NCBI GenBank assembly: GCA_040755855.1
Contig: JBFMAD010000005.1
Span: 177,549 to 241,548, forward strand
Reading direction: 5' to 3'
From: Planctomycetota bacterium
Lineage (GTDB): Bacteria > Planctomycetota > Brocadiia > JAADGH01
DNA length: 64,000 bases
Shown here piece by piece: positions 11,166 to 20,900 of this stretch. The notes below the pieces were generated by a model. The model saw only the letters and a list, made by a program, of their open reading frames with translations. It was not told the origin of the DNA and did no database searches. The first letter of the stretch is position 1, and the number at the start of each line of letters is the position of its first letter. A program made the translations under genes and the position numbers.

Positions 11166-12269
11166 ATGCAGTACCGTCCCTTGGGAAATACCGGCATTGA
11201 TGTCTCCTGCATCTCCTTCGGGGCCATTAAACTCCCAAAGGTAACCTCGGAGGAGTCCGCCCGCGCCCTGAACCGCGCCCTCGACCTCGGCGTGAACTTC
11301 GTTGACACGGCGCGAAACTACCGCGACAGCGAGGAAAAGATCGGCGCCGCCATCGGCCATCGTCGTGACGAGTTCTATCTCGCCACCAAGACCACAGGCC
11401 GCGACGCCAAATCGGCCCTCGCAGACCTCGAAACCAGCCTCCGCGATCTGAAGACCGAGAAGATTGACCTCTATCAACTTCATTCCGTCAGCGACCCCGA
11501 AACGTGGGAGCAGGTGATGGCCAAAGGCGGCGCGCTGGAAGCCGTGAAAAAGGCAAAGGACCAGGGCAAGGTTGATCACATCGGCGTCACCTGCCACCGT
11601 GACCTGTCCACGATGCGCAAGGCCATCGAGTCGGGTCAGTTCGAAACCATCATGATGGCCTACAGCCCCATTGACTCGGAGAACGTCGCCCCTGAGATAC
11701 TCCCGCTTGCCAGATCGCGCGGCATGGGGGTCATCGTTATGAAGGGACTCTCCGGCGGCCAACTCTCGAGGCCCGTCCCGGAGGGCCGGAAACGGGCGGA
11801 ACCGGATGACATTGTTCGGGGCGCGTTGCGTTGCATCCTGTCCAATGGCGCCGTCTCCTGCGTGATTCCCGGCATGACATCTGTCCACGAGGTCGAGGAA
11901 AACGCCGCTACCGCCGCGATGCCCCCAATGACCGATGAGGAAAAGGCGAAGCTTCTGAAGGAAATCGGCGGTCTCGGCAAATCATTTCGCTATGGTCAGG
12001 TCTGTCTCCGGTGCGGCTACTGCCAGCCGTGCCCGCAGGAGATTGATATTACTGCGGCGTTTCGCGCCTATGACATGGCCCGCGACTATCCCAGCAATGT
12101 CAAACATCTCGGCCGGGAGCACTACGACGCCCTCGATCCCAAGCCCGATGTATGCAAGGAATGTGGGCAGTGCGCGGAGAAGTGTCCTGCCGGAATAGAC
12201 ATTCCCGCGAAGATCAAAGAGGTCCGGGAGTTCTTCGGCGGATGGTCTGGGAGTTGCGCAACGTCTTAG
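11166..12269 (+). CDS. Aldo/keto reductase with C-terminal 4Fe-4S dicluster domain
   Basis: MQYRPLGNTG, DTARNY, SEEKIG, IDLYQLH; CLRCGYCQPCP and CKECGQCAEKCP; alternative start 11127. Confidence 0.88.
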   Translation: MQYRPLGNTGIDVSCISFGAIKLPKVTSEESARALNRALDLGVNFVDTARNYRDSEEKIGAAIGHRRDEFYLATKTTGRDAKSALADLETSLRDLKTEKIDLYQLHSVSDPETWEQVMAKGGALEAVKKAKDQGKVDHIGVTCHRDLSTMRKAIESGQFETIMMAYSPIDSENVAPEILPLARSRGMGVIVMKGLSGGQLSRPVPEGRKRAEPDDIVRGALRCILSNGAVSCVIPGMTSVHEVEENAATAAMPPMTDEEKAKLLKEIGGLGKSFRYGQVCLRCGYCQPCPQEIDITAAFRAYDMARDYPSNVKHLGREHYDALDPKPDVCKECGQCAEKCPAGIDIPAKIKEVREFFGGWSGSCATS

Positions 12270-12607
12270 ACGTCACCACCGCCGCCTTCAGGAATAAATT
12301 CGGCTTCGATCTCCAGGTCATCGCCCCCAGTGGCAAACACAATCCCGCCATCAGCCTCTCGGAGTGTTCCCTGTCCAAGGGTGACGTCCTTCTTTTGCTT
12401 CACATCGTGAATGGAGAATCCGCCGCCCTGCGAAGACAGAGGGATGTCCTTGCCCGCGAGGAGCAGCTTCACGGGGCGGGCTGCATTGGAGTCCAATTGG
12501 ATTAGCGCGCCGCCTGCGTCCGCAGCGAGCACACATACAGAAGCACACAGGGCAAATGCCATCAGCACGTGCGGCGGAGGACGTCTCGTGTTGTGCGTCT
12601 GTCGCAA
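12266..12607 (-). pseudogene. Short signal-peptide protein, probably the N-terminal remnant of a larger secreted protein
   Basis: GAGGAG SD, hydrophobic signal (LMAFALCASVCVLAA), beta-rich body ending abruptly; stop overlaps the convergent AKR stop. Confidence 0.4.
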
Positions 12608-12622
12608 GTTCTTCTCCTCAGG

Positions 12623-15600
12623 CTAAAATGGCTTGCGAATGATCTCCGATTGGATGACGTCGGGCAGACTTACCGCCGCGAAGTTCAGGTAGCACCATTC
12701 ACCCCACGACAGTTTGTGTTTCGGCAGGATGCGCGGAATTCCCGCCAGGGCCTCCGGCGAACAGACATTAAACGTCGCCCGCATGAGCGCCGCCAGGACC
12801 GCCGGGTCCTTCTCGATGCAGTCATAGTAGTAGGCGAGTCCGTCAATCCCCTGCACGATTCGTCCCTCGCCCGTCCTCCACCACGGATTGTCGGGCTTGA
12901 TGACGTATGGGATAAATTTCGTGCGGAGGAAATCTTCCGTGTCTTTCTTGATCGTTCCGCCGGTAAGGAACTTGTTGGCCCAGACGGCGCTTTCCACGAA
13001 GGCGCCTCCACTGGTGGATTTGCACCGCTCCATCCACCAATAGCAATCTTTGACAGCGGCCTCGTTGGCCTTGGGGTCCTTCGTGATCTGGGCATACATA
13101 ATGGCGCAGGCCAATGTGCAGCCGATGGTATAGATGTTGTTCTCCGGCGAATAGATTCGCGTCAGTTTGTCCAGCTTCTTGATCGGCCGGGCGCCATAGT
13201 CGTGCCAGCACCAGCCGACGCCGATGCCGCCGCCCTCGCACCGGAACGACTCGCGGTAGGCCATGTATTTTCCGAGAGAATTGAGGAATCGAGGCCTGTC
13301 GTTTTCGCTCACGTACTGAATCAGTCGGGCAATCCCGCACGCGATCTCGCCGCCGTCGGCAACGTAGCAATCATTACCATCAGGATGGTAGCCATAGCCC
13401 ATGAGGTATCCGCCGTCCTCGCGCTGCTCGGCGATGATGGCATTGCCCCATCGGATGGCCGCGTCGAGGTACTTCCTCTTGCCGGTCAGGTCGTAAGACG
13501 CAAGAAGGCCCCGCGTCCCGCGGTTGTCCACGAAGGCAAAGCCGTGGAACTTACCGTCGCCGCGTTCCTTCTGCCGCGCAACGAGCCGGTCACAGAGGCC
13601 CAAGAGAGTGCTGCGAACATCGAGCGATGTTTCGATCCGGTCAAGGATCGCGCCATCGCGCGAGATGTCGCACTGCACGCGAAAGTCTTTCCAGTCGAAC
13701 CGGTCGGCGTCGGCCTCTAAGGTGAGCGCCTCCTCTGTTGCGCCCGGGCCGATAGGGAGCAAGCGACTGGCGTCAGCGACTACGGTTTCTTTACTTCCGG
13801 TCACAAGGCGCGAGTGCAATTCGAGTTGTGACTCGGCGCTTATGCGATTTGTGACCGCCGTAAATACCTGCATCGTTGCTTTCCCGTTCACGACTTGGAA
13901 TCGCGGGACGGCGGCCGTGAAGAACGCGCCGTTCAACATGCGATCCACAATCTGAACAAACGCCTTGCCCATCGCCGCATCGTCGGGTGGAAACAAGTCG
14001 CGATTGTCCACGCCGAAGCAGGCCCAGAGCGTGTCACGATATCTGCCGCCGATGTTCACAAACAACGACGCCGCCGGCCGGCCGTCGGGTGTGAGGAGGA
14101 GCGGGATACTCCGCGCCAGCTTCTCCGTCGGCAGGAATTCGCGGGAGGGTGACGGCTTCCGGCTCTGGATGAAATGCAGATTATCTTCCAACGTCGCGGT
14201 TGTCCAACCGGACAGCTTTCCGTGAATCCGCACATCGTCGGGAAACACGGATTGGCCCGGCGGGGAACGAAGTTCGCTCACGTTTTGAAAGGCTTGTGGC
14301 CCAAAGAAGAGCGGCACGTCCCCGGATGCGCCGCCGGCGCGGATGCCCGAACCGAATGCCTTGTGGATGGCGGGCGAAGTCCCAATCAGGATGGCGGTCT
14401 GCGCCATGTTCTGGGGGAGGATATCGCTTCCACGCCATTCGAGTTGGGAGACCTCGAAGGCGTGCTTTCCTTTCCCAACAAGACCCACAGGAAAACCGAA
14501 GATCAGCCTGTTGATCCGGTCGGCGTGCAGAAAGTCGCCCTTTCCGCCGCGGCCCTCGGTGGCGTAGGAGAGGAACTCGCCGGTGGATAGTTCATACTCC
14601 TTCCACTCCGTTGACAGGTTCACCACCGCTTTCCATCGGGACTTGTCCGTCTCGTTCGCCTCGATGCAAAGGTGCTTCGTCTCCTCATCCCCTCGCGCGC
14701 AGAAGCGGATGACGGTGTAGCCCGGAAGGCCGGTCACTTGGAATGGAACATACTTGTATGTCTGAAGGTCCGGAAGGACAACGCGCAGCGCTGTTTGGCC
14801 CGTATGATCCTTTGCCAGCGAGATTTGCGCAGGCTCGCCGCCTTTGCCCGCCTCGTCCGCAAGGGCTTGCACAACGTCCGTGGACAATTGTGCCACCGGC
14901 TTCGGGGGGGCGGCGTTGGACTTCCGCGATGAGGCCGTGATCCATCCACTCGGCGTTTTGAAAATTGGGTCTGTGAAGCACCGGCCGCCGAGCGTGATCA
15001 TATCTCCGCCGGTGGAAATAAACCGCCGGAGAGTGGAGGCGCCGGCGGCGGGATAGCAGCCGCCGTAGGGCAGAATGAGGAGATCGAAATTGTCGTTCGC
15101 AAGGAGGTTTCGCGCGATCAGGTCTTCCGTCGTAAGGAAATTAACCCCAAATCCTGCCTCCGCGAGCAGAGAAGCGAGATAGGCGGGGTCCGACGCGAAG
15201 CCGACCGCCGGGACTTTGTCTCGCCAGATCGCGACAGCGCCCCTGGGCGTCCGGTTTATCGTTCGTGCGGTCATCGCAGGGGCCTCTTGAATGGGACCGA
15301 AGAAGACATCGTCAACAAGCGCCTTGCCGGACGAATTTCCTTCCTTGCTCCAGAAGGAGAACCGGATGACGATGTGGTCGAGGTTTCTCGGGAAGGGCGT
15401 GTCGGTGTCGGGTCCGATGCGCGCCTCGATCTTTTGCCAGCTGGTTTTTGGCGAGGCGGCGGAGAGCTCCCTGAAACTTCTCATGGAAATGTACTTCCCA
15501 TCGGCATCGAAGAAGTAGAGCCTCAATCCGAAGTTGCCGTTGGACACGCCGAGATTCGAGACATACGCCGACAGAAGGTGCGGCGCATTCCTGTCGAAAT

Positions 15601-15859
15601 CCGTGTCAGCATAGATCGGGTCGCTGTCTATCCCGACGTTCCTGTTGTCGGCATGAAGCAGCAGACATGCCTTGCGCGCATGTGCGCGGGCGGCGTCCTT
15701 GATAATCTCGGCCTCTCCTCCATCGCTGATGCCTTTCCAACGGGCGACGCCCTGTTCGAAGCCAGGATTGGGGACAAGATTGCCGCTATGCCGGTCCAAA
15801 GACGATCCCAATGCAGGGAACAGGATCAATAGAAGAACTGGGGGCAAACAACGTCTCAT
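12623..15859 (-). CDS. Large secreted multidomain protein, glycoside-hydrolase-like (CBM-like, GATase-like trimerization, CBM-like, (alpha/alpha)6 barrel)
   Basis: GAGGAGG SD; signal peptide; NLVPNPGFE CBM start; FDLLILPYG; C-terminal helical repeats (LLASYDLTGKRKYLDAAIRWG..Q.EDGGY). Confidence 0.7.
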   Translation of the reverse strand: MRRCLPPVLLLILFPALGSSLDRHSGNLVPNPGFEQGVARWKGISDGGEAEIIKDAARAHARKACLLLHADNRNVGIDSDPIYADTDFDRNAPHLLSAYVSNLGVSNGNFGLRLYFFDADGKYISMRSFRELSAASPKTSWQKIEARIGPDTDTPFPRNLDHIVIRFSFWSKEGNSSGKALVDDVFFGPIQEAPAMTARTINRTPRGAVAIWRDKVPAVGFASDPAYLASLLAEAGFGVNFLTTEDLIARNLLANDNFDLLILPYGGCYPAAGASTLRRFISTGGDMITLGGRCFTDPIFKTPSGWITASSRKSNAAPPKPVAQLSTDVVQALADEAGKGGEPAQISLAKDHTGQTALRVVLPDLQTYKYVPFQVTGLPGYTVIRFCARGDEETKHLCIEANETDKSRWKAVVNLSTEWKEYELSTGEFLSYATEGRGGKGDFLHADRINRLIFGFPVGLVGKGKHAFEVSQLEWRGSDILPQNMAQTAILIGTSPAIHKAFGSGIRAGGASGDVPLFFGPQAFQNVSELRSPPGQSVFPDDVRIHGKLSGWTTATLEDNLHFIQSRKPSPSREFLPTEKLARSIPLLLTPDGRPAASLFVNIGGRYRDTLWACFGVDNRDLFPPDDAAMGKAFVQIVDRMLNGAFFTAAVPRFQVVNGKATMQVFTAVTNRISAESQLELHSRLVTGSKETVVADASRLLPIGPGATEEALTLEADADRFDWKDFRVQCDISRDGAILDRIETSLDVRSTLLGLCDRLVARQKERGDGKFHGFAFVDNRGTRGLLASYDLTGKRKYLDAAIRWGNAIIAEQREDGGYLMGYGYHPDGNDCYVADGGEIACGIARLIQYVSENDRPRFLNSLGKYMAYRESFRCEGGGIGVGWCWHDYGARPIKKLDKLTRIYSPENNIYTIGCTLACAIMYAQITKDPKANEAAVKDCYWWMERCKSTSGGAFVESAVWANKFLTGGTIKKDTEDFLRTKFIPYVIKPDNPWWRTGEGRIVQGIDGLAYYYDCIEKDPAVLAALMRATFNVCSPEALAGIPRILPKHKLSWGEWCYLNFAAVSLPDVIQSEIIRKPF

Positions 15860-15906
15860 CGCATATATCCTCCTCTAAGGACTTTCGGAAGGATGGGGCG
15901 CGATGC

Positions 15907-17034
15907 CTACCTCCTGGCGGCCTTATCCGGTTTTGGCGGCGTTGCGCCCGGTGTTGGCTCGGTCGGGTGTGAGAGGGGAGTGCGGATCGAAGATGCATCC
16001 CACACCTTGGCTGTTTTCTTCGGATCCTCATCGGGACGGCTCCACGTCGTGCTGATCTTGTAGCCTTCGGCGGCCCGCACGGGTTCGGACCCGCCGACCG
16101 TCACGAGGAGCTTGTCCTTTGCAGAGAGCGCCATGTCGGCGGCGCCCCCGACGTGAGCGCGGATCGTGTGGACGAACTTGCCGGATGCCATGTCCCAGAC
16201 CTTTACCGTGCCGTCCGTTGCGGCGGTGATCATCTGCTTGCCGTCGGAGAAAAAAAGGATGCTCGTAATCGGCCAGTTGCTCCGTCCGCCCCACGTATGC
16301 TGGCCTAAGTTCTTGACGAACTTGCCGTCCTCCGCCTGATAGATGTAAACGCGACCATCCTGGTCTCCACAGGCGATCCGCTTGCTGTCGGGGGTGAAGG
16401 CCAGGCAGGTAATGGGAAGCACGGGGCCTTTCATGGTGCGGAGCCAGTTGCCGGAATCGGCTTCCCAGATGCGCACAGCCAAGTCGGCGCCGGCGGAGGC
16501 CAGATACCGCCCGTCCGGGCTGAAGCAGAGAGCCATGATGCCGTCGCTGTGGCGTTCGAGTTTCCGAATCATCTGGCCGGTTCGCACGTCCCAGAGAATG
16601 AGCGTCTTATCGGCGCCGCCTGATGCCAATCGCGTCCCATCGCGGGAAAAGGCGACGGCGTTGGTGTCTTTCTGATGTCCTTTCAGGGCGCAGATTTCCC
16701 TGCCGTTGCCTACGTACCAGATGTGAATGAGTTGATCCCTCCCGACCGAGGCCAGGAGTTTGCCGTCGGGGGAGTAGGCAAGATCGAGGACGCCGTTGCT
16801 GGCGTGGGACCGCAGTGTTCGCGCCTCCTTGCCGGTTTCGGCGCTCCAGATGTTGATGAACTTGCCGGAAAGCCTGCCGACGGCGAACTCCGGTTTCACC
16901 GGATCGAAGGCGACGCAGGCCGGCTCGGATTCGGCCGTGATCTCAAGTGCCAGGTCCGCGCCCGGCAGGGGGGGATGGGGCGACATGAGAAGGGCCGCAC
17001 AAAGGGCGATGGCAAAGTCGCACAGTCGTTTCAA
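15907..17034 (-). CDS. Exported WD40-repeat beta-propeller protein
   Basis: Signal peptide; repeated GH/SH...AFSPDG..LASGGAD..WD units; TTG start after GGAGGAGG, overlapping the upstream stop. Confidence 0.9.
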   Translation of the reverse strand: MKRLCDFAIALCAALLMSPHPPLPGADLALEITAESEPACVAFDPVKPEFAVGRLSGKFINIWSAETGKEARTLRSHASNGVLDLAYSPDGKLLASVGRDQLIHIWYVGNGREICALKGHQKDTNAVAFSRDGTRLASGGADKTLILWDVRTGQMIRKLERHSDGIMALCFSPDGRYLASAGADLAVRIWEADSGNWLRTMKGPVLPITCLAFTPDSKRIACGDQDGRVYIYQAEDGKFVKNLGQHTWGGRSNWPITSILFFSDGKQMITAATDGTVKVWDMASGKFVHTIRAHVGGAADMALSAKDKLLVTVGGSEPVRAAEGYKISTTWSRPDEDPKKTAKVWDASSIRTPLSHPTEPTPGATPPKPDKAARR

Positions 17035-17981
17035 TATCCCTCCTCCGAAATGGCGAAGCGGACGGAGTAAACCTTCTGGGCCTTGAGCGTTTCGCTGTTG
17101 TAGAAGGGCGTGATGTCCGGGGCGGCCGTTCGTGCGCCGATTTTGTAGTACCCCTCGGCGAGACGGAATGCGAGCCGAGCGCCGGGTGCGAGAATGATCT
17201 CCGCGTCGCTAACCCCCTGGTAACAGATCGTGAGCTGTTCTTCGGAATCATTCCACATCTGAACCAGGGGATCCCCTCCGCCCGGCGCGGCATCGTGGAT
17301 GGGGCGGGGTCCGCCCTCCCAGCGGTCGCCGGCGATGCCTCGGATGGTCCGGCCCACCGCGCTCGTATCCTGCGGCAGTCGCAAAGGCTCGCGGGTAATC
17401 CGCTCGCGGAAACGATAGGGCGCGGCGACGACCATCTTGTATTTCGGGGCGGGCGGGAGGTCTTTAAAGGCCCCCTTATAGAAGCCGGCGACGAGCTTCA
17501 TGATGACATCCGACGTGAGCTTCTCCGACTTATCCGTGATCTCTTTTGCCTCCACCTTGACCCCCCAGAGGAGGGTGTCTTTCTCTGTGGCGCGAAGAAA
17601 TATCTGGCCCGTCACCTTGACTTCAAAGGCGGCCTTTGCGCCGCCGCCTTTCGATTGACGGGTTATTTCGTAAACGACGCCCAACGTCCCGGCGGGGGGG
17701 TGACCGTCCGGGACCTCGGCGAGCAATTCATACCCCTTCCGGCGTATTTCTAAAATTACGTCGAGGGGAAACATGGCCGATTCGGGAATCGCCAATTCCG
17801 CGTTTTCAGCCGATCCCTTGATCTGCACCGTGATGCGCCGGACTCGGAACGAGGCGAAATCCGGGATCGTCTTGGCCGCGCCGATTACGTCCGCGCACGC
17901 CGGGCCGACGGAGAGCATGCATGCGCAGGATAGAACGGCTACGACGATGTTCGGGTGAAATATGGGGGTTGGGGACCGCAT
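17031..17981 (-). CDS. Exported hypothetical protein
   Basis: Signal-like N-terminus (VVAVLSCACMLSVGPACA); 1-nt gap to the upstream gene and 4-nt overlap with the downstream gene. Confidence 0.7.
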   Translation of the reverse strand: MRSPTPIFHPNIVVAVLSCACMLSVGPACADVIGAAKTIPDFASFRVRRITVQIKGSAENAELAIPESAMFPLDVILEIRRKGYELLAEVPDGHPPAGTLGVVYEITRQSKGGGAKAAFEVKVTGQIFLRATEKDTLLWGVKVEAKEITDKSEKLTSDVIMKLVAGFYKGAFKDLPPAPKYKMVVAAPYRFRERITREPLRLPQDTSAVGRTIRGIAGDRWEGGPRPIHDAAPGGGDPLVQMWNDSEEQLTICYQGVSDAEIILAPGARLAFRLAEGYYKIGARTAAPDITPFYNSETLKAQKVYSVRFAISEEGY

Positions 17982-17982
17982 G

Positions 17983-20900
17983 TCAGCCGCCGCCCCCCTT
18001 AGCAGGCTTAGTCTTGTTTATGTCTTCGTCCTTGATCATTTTGCGCATATTTTCAAGCCACTGTGTTTCAAAGGAACCTATGGCGCGATCGAGGAGCGAC
18101 TGGAGCCTGGAGGCATCCGGCGCGCTTTTTCGGGCCTCCTCGTCGTACTCGGCGACGAGTTTGGACGACCCAAAGGCGCGGAGCATCGCCTCGGCGTCGG
18201 CCTGCTCCTGCTTGAGAAGATCGAAGAACACGATGAATTTTTTCGGTTCTTTCTGGACCATGAACGTCACGGCACTCCAGGTCAGGGCGCGTTGCTCGTC
18301 GTCCAAGTCCGTGGCGGCGAGGATTTTCTTGAAAAATTCGCCCGGCTTGTGGCTGGCTTGCTCGGCGTTTTGCTTATCCCACTTTGCTATAGCGTCAAGG
18401 GCCTGTTGTCTGCGCGTCTGCCATGTCTTTGCGTCGGGGAATTCGGCGTACTCGAAGTGCTGGACAAGTCCCTGAAGAATCCACGGCTTCATGGGTGCGC
18501 CGCTCTTGCACGACCATAGGAAGGCATGAATGATGTTCGAGACCACGGTGGACTTGAAGCGTTCCGCCGCCTGCTCCTGCAAGCGAGCGCACTCGTTCTT
18601 CCACTGATCGGTCGTTTTGCCGGTCTTGTCGGGAATTTCGATGTGAGGGAAGGCCGCAACGATGCATGTCCATCCGTCTTGTCGAAAGACGTAGCCCATT
18701 GTGCGGTCGGCGCGCGCCATATTGTGAATGTCGAGGCTGAAGAGCACGTACTCGCGTTGGTCCGCAAAGAGATGTATTACGCACTTGCCGCGCCAGATGG
18801 GGACTTCGGACGGAACGCCCATCACCTTGCACATCCGCTCATACAGCGACTCGATATAACGTACTTTCTCGCGGGTTTCTTCCGGCGTGAACGTCGAGTG
18901 AATGATGAAATGCTTGCTCTCTCTCGTAAATAGGTCCTTCTTGCGGGCGAGGCTGTGGGTGGCTTTATCGGATAGCGCCTTCAACTTCTCCACCGCCTCA
19001 TCGAGGGCCTCCTGCGCGGCAGGTTCCTTTTCGGGGGTTCCCGCCTGGGTGAGGGTCTGCTGGGCCGACATGGCGCAGCGGAATCCGATGCGTATATCCG
19101 CATCGGTGGGCAGACGGCTCTCACGGTCCGCGCAGCGAAGGCTGTTGATCGCTCCCTCGCCGATGCCGTCCCATGCGCCCCCGCGGACGACGCGCATCTC
19201 GCCCGCGTTGGGGCCTTGCGGGTCGAGCTCGGGGGCCTTTTCATAGTACTCCTCATTAAACCAATCGGACACCCACTCGGCCGCATTGCCCGCCATATCG
19301 CTGCAGCCGAAGGGGCTGTTGCCTTTTTCCATCGAAGCCACCGGCGCGGTCGCCCCACCTTGGGCGATCAGCTTCTTGCCCTCGTCGGAGCCGCTGAATT
19401 TCTCATACCACTCATAGCGGTCTTTCAACGATGCGATGGGCGTCCCTGCGGCTCGCTCGGCGCATTGAGCGCGACTCGGATCGAAGTCGTCGCCCCACGG
19501 ATACCGCCGCCCGGCGGTGCCTCGAGCCGCCTTCTCCCACTCAGCCTCCGTCGGCAATCGTTTCCTCGCCCATTTGGCGTAAACGACGGCGTCGGCGTAG
19601 GTTACGCCCGTCACAGGATGCCGCTCCCGCCCCTCCGCATACGCGCCATTCTGCCAGTGTGCCGGAGCTTCATGCTTGGTTTCGTCCAGGAACTTCTTAT
19701 ACTCTTCGTTGGTCACTTCATGGGCATCAATGAAGTAGGCGCTCAGGTGGACGCGGTGGGAGGGGGCCTCGTTTTGCGCCCCTTCCTCTGCATCGCCGCC
19801 CATCGTGAAAGGACCCTCCGGGACATAGACCATCCCCTCCGGGGCCTCGACAACCGGCGGCAAGGCATCCTCCATCTCTGGGGCGGATGGCTCCTGGATA
19901 CCGAGGGCGTTCTCGAACTTGTTCAGAGGGTATTCCACTTCCTCCACGGGCGCATCCATGGCGCAGCGGAACCCCACGTCGGGCCGTTTTTCGAAGGGCA
20001 GAAGACCCTCCCGGTCGGGCGTCCGAATGCTCTCTACCCCGCCCGTGGAGATGCTTTGCCACGACCCGCCTCTCACCACACGAAGCTCGCCCTTTGCCGG
20101 CCCTGGGGGATTGAGGGCGGGCGCTGTGGCGTAGTACTTTTCGTCATAGAAGTCGGTTGTCCATTCGCGGACATTGCCCGCCATGTTGCAAATCCCATAC
20201 GGACTGGCACCGGACCGATAGGTGCTAACTTGGACAGTAGCGCCGCCGTCGCGCAGCGTCAACTCATTCTTTTTAAGTTTCTGCCATTCGGCGAACCATG
20301 CGGTGAAGGCGTTCCGGTCCTTGAATGTCTGGCCGGATACCTGTTCCGCGCCCTGGCACTTCCCGGAACGATACGTGTTGCCCCAGGGATAGGCTCTACC
20401 GTCGTCGCCTCGTGCAGCCTTTTCCCACTCGGCCTCCGTCGGCAGACGCTTGCCGGCCCATGCGGCGTATGCGTTGGCGTCTTCCCATGAGACCATAACA
20501 ACGGGATGTTGCGACTTGCCGTCCGGGAAGGTTCCGTTCAGCCAGTAGGGGGGCGGGGCATGTTTCGCCGCGTCCACAAACTTCTTGTAGTCCTCGTTCT
20601 TAACCTCATACATGTCAATGAAATACGCATCGAGGAAGACGCGGCGCATCGGGCGCTCGTCGGGGGGGCCGCTGCTGCTCCCCATGAGAAACTCTCCGGC
20701 TTGAATATGGACCATGCCCGACGGGGGATTGGATCGGGTGGGTCCCTTGCGGGTTTGAGCCTCGTGCTCCGACTTCCGGACGGCGAGGAGCCGCAGGTAG
20801 CGCGAAACCTCCTTGCCTTCGCTCTGCGCCTCTAACAGGCGCTTCTCGGCGGCCTTCAGGCTGCCGCCATAGAGGAGAAATATGCCGCCGTTGAGGTTGC

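Noticed and set aside
19070..20090. Diversity-generating retroelement: the FGE/CLec domains end in RGG.W...GFRC segments like DGR variable regions
   Set aside because: No reverse transcriptase or Avd gene, and no near-identical adenine-variant template repeat was seen in the window. The domains are internal and diverged from each other at all base types. A remote TR cannot be excluded without a genome search.
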